From positions 62,001 to 126,000 of the forward strand of contig JAUPSS010000002.1 of NCBI GenBank assembly GCA_040285825.1: a stretch of DNA of 64,000 nucleotides, in the 5' to 3' direction. The notes beneath the pieces are model-generated. The model saw only the letters and a program-made list of their open reading frames with translations. It had not been told where the DNA came from and made no database searches. A program made the translations under genes and the position numbers. The DNA comes from Eukaryota sp. TZLM1-RC. Its lineage: Eukaryota > Protista > Metamonada: BaSk clade. Position 1 is the stretch's first letter; each line of letters opens with the position of its first letter. Shown here piece after piece: positions 33,702 to 43,880 of the stretch.

Positions 33702-34010
33702 ATGTCCCAACAACGCAAAAAACAGCCTCAAGGTTCTCATCATAGAGCTGAAATGGCAGAAGATGAGCGTGAATTGAATCCAAGATTTATAATCCATGAC
33801 GAAAGTGCATCATCAACACAAGTGCCCGAATATGAACATGCAATGCGTACGGACCTATATCCTGTAGAAGAGCTTCCTGATGAAGAGGAGATTGAAAAAG
33901 TCGCCTCAAGGTACACAGAAGGTCCTCCAGAACCATTGGGGGAGACTTCCCCCATTAAGGAAGCTAAATATGAACACAGATCGATCCCTGAACGTTCATT
34001 AAGACGCTAA
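33702..34010 (+). CDS. Hypothetical acidic protein (102 aa, or 85 aa from the second Met)
   Basis: ATG-initiated ORF with higher GC than its flanks and protein-like composition; no family recognised. Confidence 0.45.
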   Translation: MSQQRKKQPQGSHHRAEMAEDERELNPRFIIHDESASSTQVPEYEHAMRTDLYPVEELPDEEEIEKVASRYTEGPPEPLGETSPIKEAKYEHRSIPERSLRR

Positions 34011-34650
34011 CTCTGTCTATAGTAGTCTCTGTCATATAAGTAATGGATAATAAAGACTTTGGTTTAACTTTTCTGGTTTAAGAACTTGATAAGATCAGGT
34101 TTTAACTATACTGTCTTAATTGAGTTACTATATTCTGAAGTTGATATACTGGTTTTAATATAAGTTTTAGAATCTGTTTCTGGTTGTCATCAAACTTATA
34201 GAAGTGAATTCGAATAACGGGTGTTTTTAATTGCTGCATATACTCAGTGATGTGGCCAGAGGTTCTTCTTGTGACAGAAAGCACCATATCCTTAATTCCA
34301 AGTTTCTCTTTTTGTAATTCGAGAACATTGGAGTAACAAAATTAAAGTACCTCTATTACAAAACAAGTAATTCCATTAATTCCAAAATTTCTGGGGTAAC
34401 GGAAAAGGTTTGCAAAGCATAAAGTGCGTGATCAATTGACTTTTGTGGATAAATTGTCTTGTAGAAAAAAATACTTTGTAATGTTAATTAAATGTGTCTC
34501 TACACACTTTGAAGATTAAAATAGTGAGCCATATAATTAGATGAATTGTGCACATTGTCAATGTTGGCCAATGTATTAAGATATGGTCATAACTGAAAAA
34601 ATGAAAAGTCTGTACTAGCAAATTGCAATATTCCTAGCCTTGAAATTTTA

Positions 34651-34724
34651 TTTATTGAATTTGCACACTTGATTAAATTTAATCACAACTAATGGGACGA
34701 CTATCATTAAACCAAGATTTCCTC
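34651..34724 (-). mobile_element. Short 3' tail fragment of CRE-like family 1
   Basis: Reverse complement of GAGGAAATCTTGGTTTAATGATAGTCGTCCC...CAAATTCAATAAA; no clear TSD. Confidence 0.85.
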
Positions 34725-35069
34725 AATAATACAAAAGAAAACTTCAAAATCAAAACTTGGAATTTAATCAACCAAATACAGTATTGAACACAATGACTGT
34801 CTAAACAGAAGGGACGACAAAAAGAAGACTTGAAGTTGATCCGTAACATTACCGTGTTTTTAAAAAATTTGGGCCCGAAATCTTTGGAAATTTTGCCATT
34901 TTGTGCCAAGGTTTTTCGTCCCAAACTTTTTGGATGGAAAAACGTGCGGAAAAATATTCCTGCAATCTTTTGCTTTTGGATTAATACTTTATTCATAGTT
35001 GTATTCGTAATCTGATTCAGGAATTTCTGTTTCAATTTTTTGACAATCAAAACTAAAAAGAAAATAGAA

Positions 35070-36659
35070 TATAAAGGACGTACTGGAAAAACTTTGGGAA
35101 TTTAGCCATTGTCCCAAAGATGTTGGAGACAAAGTTTTTACAAACACGGTAATCACAAATATTTTGCAAACATTTGACTGCATATTAGTAATTGGTGAAT
35201 AGAATAAAGATTCTGGTTCCAAAAGGAAAGGAATGTACCCATTTAAAGTTACAAGCATAAGAAAAGTATTGAGGCAAGCCGGCGATGCTCTGCATTGTTC
35301 GAAATTGATAACTTAACGTTTTTCATTACATGATACTGTTAGAGACACTGTTTTTTATATGGCACGAACTGCAAGAATCTCGTGTATTAAAGAGCCTCTG
35401 CTGAAGGAAACACTGTCATTGAATAATTTTGGTTCTGATGATAGAGGTGATGTATACTGTGATTGGATTGAGAACTCTGAAGCTGTTGTTGACTTTGTCT
35501 CATGTAATGTTGCAAATGACACTTTGGTTCACAGAAGAAAACTTAATCCTGTAGGTGCTCTTGAATTTAAAGCTAAAGAAAAACATAGAAAATATGACAA
35601 AGATATCGAAGAGCCTAATGCTGGTAGAAATACATAACTAGTTTTTATTGCTTTCCCATCTTCGATAAACGGAAGACTATCAGTAGAAGCAGAAACTTTT
35701 TTGAATGACTCTTCAAAAAATAGTTCAAGAAAAAACAATGAAAAGATTTGATATTTTTTGGTGCTCTCGGATTCAATTTGCCATTATTAATAGATTACCT
35801 CGGTTTTTCAATTGAATTAGAGAAGCTTTAGCTACACAGCAAGCAGATCAAGATTTTGTAGAGGAAATCTTGGTTCGATGCTTTTCGTCCCGTTAGTTAT
35901 GAATTCATTTTATTAAGTGTGCATGTTCAATAAATATTTGTTTTTGACAAGCCGGTTACCTTGTTTACTTAGTTAATGAGGCATTTACTTTAAAGATGTC
36001 ATAAATATGCTAAAAACGGTGAAAATGGAGAAAGCCTGGAAACTTTATTGGAATATGATGATCAAAACTTTACAAAAAATTGAACTCAATTAGACGGGAG
36101 ATTCACGTCAGAAAGAAGAATTGGAAGTTGCATATAGATTCAAACAATGGAAAAAAAGGCATAATTGAAACCAAAAGTAAATGAGAAGTACGAGGAAGCA
36201 ATGAAATCAAGAGAAACCTAGTCATATACATGAGTAAGAATGAACCATGACGTCTAGCAATTGTAGAAATAGTAGAAGAATTTGAAAGTACAACCAACAA
36301 GAGGATAAGAAAACGAATTTCAAGGGCTCTTAGAAAACGATGAATTGGGCAACTATAGAGTTCGACAAGTAGTTCCATGGGGTCTGAGGCAGTGTCATCA
36401 TTGCAAAACCTTCTGGAATCGAGATACTAATTCTGCTCTAAATATTCAGATGATGGATGAAGAGCTTCTGGATGAAAGAGAGAGAACAGAGGTGTTCAAG
36501 AGCCAACAGTCTCAACCCGGGGTCATTGAACGCAGTAATGAAAACTTGAATGATGTTGGAAAGGATTCTGAAAGTGATGGTATACCAATGAGTCCAATTC
36601 AACAATCTGACATCAATACATTATCACATATTGCGAAAGCGATAATTGAGAAACAATGA
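35070..36659 (+). pseudogene. Fanzor (eukaryotic TnpB-like RuvC nuclease) pseudogene alpha, split by a CRE insertion
   Basis: Removing 35283-35955 gives ILVIGE*NKDSGSKRKGMYPFKVTSIRKVLRQAG|YLVYLVNEAFTLKM (RuvC-II), then WGLRQCHHCKTFWNRDTNSALNI...ERTEVF (Zn finger plus RuvC-III); several stops and frameshifts. Confidence 0.82.
35283..35947 (+). mobile_element. 5'-truncated, diverged CRE-like family 1 insertion (endonuclease domain plus 3' UTR)
   Basis: Homologous to 40741-41396; flanked by duplicated CAAGCCGG (35275-35282 / 35948-35955). Confidence 0.9.
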
Positions 36660-36786
36660 ATAGTTTTGAAGTAACTTGAACTATCGAAATGTTACTATTT
36701 TTGTTCTATTCCACCAACAATGGTTTCCTGTTGTTCCTCTATCTCCCTTGGTCCACGCCTTTATAGTGATGCTAAATATGAACTCA

Positions 36787-36878
36787 TGTCAGGCGATTAA
36801 ATAAAGAAAAGTCAAAGATAATGTGAATGAGGAAAAGTTATTTTCTAATCATATTATATCAGCCTTAGGCCGCCAACA
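36787..36878 (-). repeat. Isolated LTR-like relic related to the element C LTR
   Basis: TGT...TAAAGAAAAGTC...TTATTTTCTAATCATATTATATCAGCCTTAGGCCGCCAACA matches the C LTR TTATTTTCTATTCATATTATATAAGCCTTAGGGCGCCAACA; no TSD seen. Confidence 0.7.
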
Positions 36879-37060
36879 AATAGTTTAAAACAATATATTA
36901 ATTATAATAATATAAATGCAATGTTCTAATGTTCTAATGTTCTAATGTTGAGTGTGCAACTGCTCAAGCTTTGAGCAGTTTGATAGATCTCATAATGATT
37001 TTTATTTCTACAATATAGATTTAACCGAAATTTACAATAATATTTATAAAAAAAGTAGAT

Positions 37061-39298
37061 TCAACTCAACTTATTGATCCAAGCAGTTCTATAAACATTG
37101 GTGGACGAATGACGAGTCAAAACCATTATTCTGGACTTTGTGAAACTATCAAACCAATCCTTAACTACATAGCCGACACCGAAAGCTTGTCCTTTTTTGA
37201 TGGACACAATTCCTGATGTAACGAATCCCACAATCGTAAACGAAGGGCAACAACTGGAAAATAATTTGCTATCTGTTTTTCCACAATTTTCGGTAATTCT
37301 CTCTGTAAGAGGATAAACACCATTTGGAATAATAGAAATAGTAGAATTTGAAGGGCATTTTCCAGGTCCAATTAGAGTAACAGAAACAGCAACAAGGTCA
37401 CAAATAGAAGGAAAGTTGCTGATTGGTATTTCTGTTGTTAGAGGGTTAATAACCATCTGGCAATCAAAACTAATCCAATCGAACAACGATTGAGAATCAA
37501 AATCAAACATCTGCAGAGAGTTGAAAACTTCTTCTTTTGAGAACTGATTATCAATCAAAGCTCCCAAAATAAAAGACAACCAATCAATTTCTTTTGAATT
37601 CTGTTGACCAAAGTACTCCAATTTCCAACAGACTGAAATTAAAACAAACGCAGTCCAGTTCCAAAAAGGAAATTTCCAACTTTTGAAGTAATTGACCCTT
37701 TTTCCAGGAGGAATTGCTTCATATTTAGTAAATAAAGTTTTGGAATGTTCAAATCTAGACAGAATTCCTGACCTCGTATAAGGATAATCAAAGGGAAAAT
37801 ACAATTCACCTAATTCAGTACAAATAGAATGTTCATCTTCAAAACCGATAGCTTTTCCTCCGTGATTAACCAATGAATTCCAGACAGTGCTAGTCCACTG
37901 AATGGGGAAAAAGCAGAGGAACCCTGACCCGGATGCCCTAGAATCAATAGAATTTAGCTGATAGAACACGGAAGGTGGTCCTGGAAAGTCCTTTGATTCG
38001 GTCAAAATGGAGTGGAAGACGCCAGAATTCATCCTCCTCTGATTAATTGATGATGTTGGTTCAGGGGGAGAGTGAAAGTCCAAAACTTGGCTGAAATCCA
38101 CACTTGGACAATCAAATTTCCAATCAGAAATGATTGATCTTAACTCCCTTGGTGGGGATCCAAGAGTTTCCATTCTTGACTGTCTCGATGACAATGATGA
38201 CGATGTAACTGCCGAAAAGGGTCGAGTGGGAGTCGAATGTCGTTGATTGGGGGTTTTATAACTGACTGCCGAGAATGGCCTGCTGCTGGGCAACTCATCA
38301 ACTGATTTCTCAAGAGGGTAGCGTCGAGGATCACCACAAACAGTTAAAAACCCCGCTCCTTTAGGCAAGCATGGACCAGTAACTGATCCCATCATTGAAA
38401 GTAATGAATTTTGACAAGTTGGTAATGACTTGTTCAAAAGAAAGCTGCTTTTGGCACCTCTAACAGTAATTATTCCAGTGTTGGTGTTGGAAATAGATAA
38501 ATTTGGAAAAAAGGAGGAAAAATACGTGTGAATAAAATTAAACTGAATACTTGGATGAACTATAACGAAAAGGGAACAGCACTGAGGAGAAAAAAAGAAT
38601 TTGACTGGACTAACTGGTTCATTTAAAAAGAGAAAGGAATGGCCGATTTTCGAACCAAATTTAAATTGGGCACCAGAAAGGGAATCTCCAGTGAGAAAAT
38701 GAGGTGAAAGGGAAGTAATGAGGGTCGTGTAAACGTCATCAAAGGTAACTGATTGATCTTTTGATTGGTTGAGGTTTATTTTGAGCAAATGATGATATGA
38801 TGTGTCCTGAATGGTTGCAACATGACATGATGACGTGATGATTGACCGGGAGTTTTTTTGGGTTGCCGTCCTTGGGAGTTTAAAACCCCACAAAGTTTCC
38901 ATATGAAACCTCTTAGCATGCCAAATATGAGTTTGAAGCCATAAAGCACCTGTTCTATTGGCAAAGTCTACCTTAGTTCTTCTTCTTCGCCATCTTTTTT
39001 GCTTTTTTTCTGGAGTTTTGGGTCTGGAATTTATGGTCTCCTTTTCTGCACGACATCGCAGCTTTGCAGGTACTCTGTGAATATCATGAGAGGCAGCACG
39101 ACGTCGAGAGTGGCGAGGAAGAGACTGAAAGGCACGTTTATTTCCATCAATATCAGAGACTTCGTATAAGAGGACGTTGATTTCATTAGCACGTGCACGA
39201 GTATAATCAACAACATTAATGTATGTAGTGCCAACATGTTTAGGATCTGTGATACCAAAGTCTTTGGGACGGTCTCGTTTAGGTATAGGGTTGAACAT
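37061..39298 (-). CDS. POP1: RNase P/MRP protein subunit POP1
   Basis: RAFQSLPRHSRRRAASH and WLQTHIWHAKRFHMETLWG (POP1 N-terminal boxes), FPFDYP, GFVTSG. First ATG is 39298; the longer GTG start in the ORF track lies inside a retrotransposon fragment. Confidence 0.93.
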   Translation of the reverse strand: MFNPIPKRDRPKDFGITDPKHVGTTYINVVDYTRARANEINVLLYEVSDIDGNKRAFQSLPRHSRRRAASHDIHRVPAKLRCRAEKETINSRPKTPEKKQKRWRRRRTKVDFANRTGALWLQTHIWHAKRFHMETLWGFKLPRTATQKNSRSIITSSCHVATIQDTSYHHLLKINLNQSKDQSVTFDDVYTTLITSLSPHFLTGDSLSGAQFKFGSKIGHSFLFLNEPVSPVKFFFSPQCCSLFVIVHPSIQFNFIHTYFSSFFPNLSISNTNTGIITVRGAKSSFLLNKSLPTCQNSLLSMMGSVTGPCLPKGAGFLTVCGDPRRYPLEKSVDELPSSRPFSAVSYKTPNQRHSTPTRPFSAVTSSSLSSRQSRMETLGSPPRELRSIISDWKFDCPSVDFSQVLDFHSPPEPTSSINQRRMNSGVFHSILTESKDFPGPPSVFYQLNSIDSRASGSGFLCFFPIQWTSTVWNSLVNHGGKAIGFEDEHSICTELGELYFPFDYPYTRSGILSRFEHSKTLFTKYEAIPPGKRVNYFKSWKFPFWNWTAFVLISVCWKLEYFGQQNSKEIDWLSFILGALIDNQFSKEEVFNSLQMFDFDSQSLFDWISFDCQMVINPLTTEIPISNFPSICDLVAVSVTLIGPGKCPSNSTISIIPNGVYPLTERITENCGKTDSKLFSSCCPSFTIVGFVTSGIVSIKKGQAFGVGYVVKDWFDSFTKSRIMVLTRHSSTNVYRTAWINKLS

Positions 39299-39329
39299 GG
39301 GGTGAGGAATTTTATTCTGAGCAATACTA

Positions 39330-39376
39330 TTTAATTTATTGAATTGGCACACTTGATTAAATTAAATCATAACTAA
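39330..39376 (-). mobile_element. 47-bp CRE-like family 1 3'-tail insertion with 13-14 bp TSD
   Basis: TCTGAGCAATACTA at 39316-39329 and 39377-39390 flanks the reverse complement of the family 1 3' UTR end. Confidence 0.9.
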
Positions 39377-39435
39377 TCTGAGCAATACTAAATTACTAAT
39401 TCTATGGTTTTCATTTGAAATGCATACTTTCTTCA

Positions 39436-41396
39436 TGTCATTGGATTTTAGTAATGCTTTCAATTCGCTAAGTCGTCGCAGTATCCATGGTGCTCTATTG
39501 CAATATATGCCAGAATTAATACCATATTTTCAATCAACATATTGCACATATTCTAATTTACATTTTAGTAACAACATTTTGATTTCATCAAGTGGCGTAA
39601 AGCAAGGAGATCCGTTAGGACCTCTTTTGTTTTGTTTGGCCATTCATCCTATTCTACTGCAAATTCAAGAGATGTTTCCTTCACTAAAAATGATTGCATA
39701 TATGGATGATGTTGTGCTTATTGGTGAATTAAATATTGTGAAAAAAGCAACTGTATGTTTTAAAGAATTATTTACCAAAATTGGTCTCCGACTTAATTTA
39801 CTTAAATGTGTTTTGTTATCGAATTCTCCAGTTTCCACAATAATTGATGATATTGAAATTCAAGCCAAATTATATTCAATTGATGCTATTCGTCATTTGG
39901 GTTCGTTTTTAGGAAATAATCATGAAATTACCAAAAATTGTTTGAAAAGTTGAACTCAATTTCTGACAAAATTGACCGAATGATGAATTTAGATATAAAA
40001 AACACATCAAATTTACCATTATAAGACTGTGTTTTAGTTCCAATTTTAATCATATATTTCGATCTACAAATCCTCTCGTCACTAGACCTTTGGCTCAAAA
40101 GTTTAATGAGTTACGTGCAAAAGTTCTGTCTCAATTACTGGGATGTAAAATGTTTCAAATACCAGATCATGCTTACCTTAGTCCACAATATGGTGGTTTA
40201 GGGTGGACGAAGGCTTCTATTCTTACCTCGTGTGCTTTTGTTGGTGGATGCAGAAATGCAATCTTTGAGTTCTCCGAAAGATTTGCAGATTGGGAAGATT
40301 TATTGATGACAACGCAAAGTTCCACTGTTTTTGCATTAAATGAAGAAATTTCAAGAATTGATGTAGAAAAATGGGGGCGATGTTTTCCCCAATCATTCAA
40401 TGGCAATATTCCAGAAAAAAATGTTTTAAATTTGAAGTACACTCTTCGAACATTACAGAAAAGATTGACTGGAATGTATGAAAAAGATCTTTATAATAAT
40501 ATTTGCAGCTCGGCTGTTTTAAATCAAGATCTTCACTCATTGCTATTGGAAAAGGGTGTTTGTGAAAACAAGGTGTCAGATTCTTCACTTTTTGTAACCA
40601 TTGTACCACGAAGATTTGGATTGTGTGCTACTAATGAAGCATTTGTAACAAAAATGAGATTATATTTGAACATCCCCATTAACCAATTATTATCAAAAGA
40701 AAAATGTATTTGTTCGAATTCACCTCAACTCACTTTGCGCCATGCTCTAAATTGCTCTAAATTGATAACTTATCGTTCTTCATTACATGATGCTGTTAGA
40801 GACACTGTTTTCAATATGGCACAAACTGCAAGGATATCGTGTATCAAAGAGCCCCTGCTGAAAGAAACACTTTCTCTGAATAATTTTGGTTCTGATGATA
40901 GAGGTGATGTATACTGTGATTGGATTGATAATTCTGAAGCTATTGTTGACTTTGTCTCATGTAATGTTGCAAACGATACTTTGGTTCACAGAAGAAAACT
41001 TAATCCTGTGGCTGCTCTGGATTTTAAAGCAAAAGAAAAACATAGAAAATATGATAAAGAAATTGAAGATGCAAATATCGATAGAAATACACAGCTGGTT
41101 TTTATTGCTTTTCCATTTTCGATAAATGGAAGATTATCTGTTGAAGCAGAAACTTTTTTGGATGACTTCCAAAAAATGGTGAAAGAAAAAACAATGAAAA
41201 GATTTGATATTTTTTTATGGCGTTCACGGATTCAATTTGCCATTATTAATAGATTACCGCGGTTTTTCAATCGAATTAGAGAAGCTTTAGCTAGACAGCA
41301 AGCAAATCAAGATTTTGTAGAGGAAATCTTGGTTTAATGATAGTCGTCCCATTAGTTATGATTTAATTTAATCAAGTGTGCAAATTCAATAAATTA
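39436..41396 (+). mobile_element. 5'-truncated CRE/SLACS-like non-LTR retrotransposon (family 1; RT plus restriction-like endonuclease)
   Basis: LDFSNAFNS, GVKQGDPLGPLLF, AYMDD, GGLG, CIC..HALNC, HDAV, RGD..D..K..KY; 12-bp TSD ATACTTTCTTCA (39424-39435 / 41397-41408); frameshifted around 39940-40000. Confidence 0.93.
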
Positions 41397-41541
41397 ATAC
41401 TTTCTTCAAGCATCATTCAAACTTATTCCAAGAACTTTCATCCTTGGTGAGATCATCCACAGACGTTTTAGAATCCTCGAATAATTGGCCACCAATCTCA
41501 GTGAGCCCATTTCTCCTCTAGAACAATATGTAGCTTTGAAG

Positions 41542-42000
41542 CTAGTCCCTTTGTGGTCTCTGGAACGCTTCTGGTCTTGTTCCATAGTAGTGCTCACTCA
41601 TTACAATTTCTAGCTTATTTAGTGATGCAGAAATGTCTCTAGACCATACTTGATTACATTCCGGACAACTGACATATGCGTTGTGAACTTTAACTTCACC
41701 ATCAATTTTTCGATAGATCTTTTGGTGTAGCATCTTGCAACAGTTCACCTTTGCAGATGTCATATATTCAAGCAGTTAATGGTTCAATTTCTGCACGTCG
41801 TAAACATCTATTGATGAGTGGATCAGTGGAGCGGAGTGATTGATTTTTCGTTGCTTTGGTGCCAAGAAGATATTAAATACGGTCGGCCCTGAACGTGTTC
41901 CAATGCTGGAACCACATAGATTTGAGTGGTTGGGGTCGATGGCCCAGAACACCATTTCCGTTTCATCATCAGGTGCCTACCACTCAGTAGCTTTTGGTTT
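41542..42000 (-). pseudogene. Fanzor/TnpB-like pseudogene beta (internally deleted)
   Basis: Minus strand: MVFWAIDPN (RuvC-I-like, D at 41937), frameshifted EYMTS (RuvC-II-like, 41769), then NCC...CPECNQVWSRDISASLN...GTRPEAFQR (Zn finger, RuvC-III, RP..F.R tail). Confidence 0.75.
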
Positions 42001-43128
42001 ATGGCGAGGTCGTGGCCGTTTTTACCTTGGCTTGCAAGGTATGTTTTCTATTCCGAGTGGCTTCGTAGTAGTCAAGTTCCCCTCTGGATCTCTTATCAGT
42101 CAAGGCTTCTCCTACATTAGGGGTCCTACTTTTGTTTGGACGTTTTACCTTCGTACCAGAGCTCCAGCTTCTAAGTGGAGGCTTGCAGGAACAGCATTGT
42201 TATTGAGTTAGTTTTTTGTATTTTTATTTTAGAAGAATTAAACTGTATATTAAATAAATTAATGGTTTATTTCCTATTATTTAAATGGATTCAAAGAATG
42301 AGCAAAGACAACTTTGTCAGCTTCCTGACAGGAATTAACAATAGTGATGGAGTCGCATCAGCAGTCTTTGTTGTTATTATGTTACTGTAATGATAACCAA
42401 TATCCGAACAATACCCAGCAGAAGCTTGTAATGCCCTTAGTATTTCCATTTGCCAATGTAGATCATTTATATTGACCTAAATGTAAGTGTGCTTTTGGTT
42501 ATTCTGTTCTTACCCTAATGAAATTCCCTTAAAGAATATCAAATTTAGAAAAACCACATTTTGCAAAATTCTTTAAACAAGTCTTTTAACAAGTCCGATG
42601 AGACCATTTTATCAGAGTAGGCCGAATCATTGACTAATCTTCGTAGAAGAAGTGTTTAAGCTAGCGAGATATAGTTAAGTGTGACACAAAGTGGTACAAA
42701 TTGAAAAATGTCAGCAAAAGTAGATACTATCAATAGTTAAAGGAATGAGAGCATCATCTGGTTGAGGCATCTGATTGAGTCAGAAACACAAAAAAGAGAT
42801 TAGGTAGGGATTAGGTAGGGAAGGGAAAAGAAAAGGGATCAGTATTCAACCTAAAATTCAACCACAGTTGAATTCTGATGTCAATAGTCCTCTTCTTACT
42901 GGGAAAAGATACAAGATTTTTAAATATGTGAAACCTATTGCTACAGTTCTTCTTATACAGAAAATTCTTATACCCAATATAATCTATGTCACTTTGTTTT
43001 TTTTACTCCGTTTGTTTACAGAAAATCTTCAGAAACTCAAAAATTCAGGTTTAAGTGAGATAATATTTCCATAAATTATTGAAATATATATAACAAAATA
43101 TAACAAGTTTATATAAGACTGAAAGTAA

Positions 43129-43880
43129 TTATTGTTCCTTGCTTTGCTCCACAGGCACACGAGGACCAGAGCGAGCTAAAGCAATACGAACACGTCTACC
43201 ACCAATTTCTGTTTGATCATACTTAGCGATAACCTCCTGTGCCTTCTCAGGAGACTCAGCACGTATGTAACCTCTGCCGAGAGGACGAACTGCTGGTGCT
43301 TGGAGTTTGCGATCAAAGTAGCGAACGACTGGGACCTTGACACTAGTGATTGGAAGTTTATGTTCATCAACCCATTCCTTCAACTTGGCATCATCAAAAG
43401 AGAAGGGGAGGTTATTCACGAAGAGATAAGTGCCATCATTCTCGGTGGAGACGGTTCTGCTTGAGCCATTCTCCCTCATACGTTGTCTTCTTATAGCGTG
43501 GATGCGTAAAAAGAAAGGCATTCTGCGAGCAGGGCGGCTGGGACGTCTTTCTTGTCCTTCAGTGACTTCTCCTTGAGGGACAGATTCTCGTCTTTGGCGG
43601 AACTGATGGCGCTCACGAGGACGAATGGGTTTAGCATCTTCAACAATCCAGTCACCACCAGAGAGTGATTTCTTCGTTTCCTCAAGCTTATCAGATGGAA
43701 CTGAGACAATAGCAAAGTGACTTTTTTCGGGCATTCTTGTGCGAATTACAATGACATTACCACCGAAATCATCGAGTTTGGATTGAAGTTCATCACGGGA
43801 GTAATTAAGGGGGAGATTTCCTGGAATAAAAGGGCTGGGAGGCTCTACTTACCCAAATAGATTTTAGAAATATCAGTCAT
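43129..43880 (-). CDS. Two-RRM RNA-binding protein (239 aa; exons 43853-43880 and 43129-43820)
   Basis: Splicing restores RNP2 KIYLG^NLP in frame with the 43129-43734 ORF; second RRM LFVNNLP...GRGYI...GGRRVRI. Confidence 0.88.
43821..43852 (-). other. 32-nt spliceosomal intron
   Basis: GTAAGT...CTTTTATTCCAG; its removal joins the ATG exon in frame. Confidence 0.85.

Noticed and set aside
39299-39352. N-terminal extension of POP1 given by the ORF track
   Set aside because: It starts at a GTG inside the inserted retrotransposon tail; the first ATG is 39298.
42798-42825. Telomere-like TTAGGTAGGGA repeats
   Set aside because: Only two units; insufficient evidence for an interstitial telomere.
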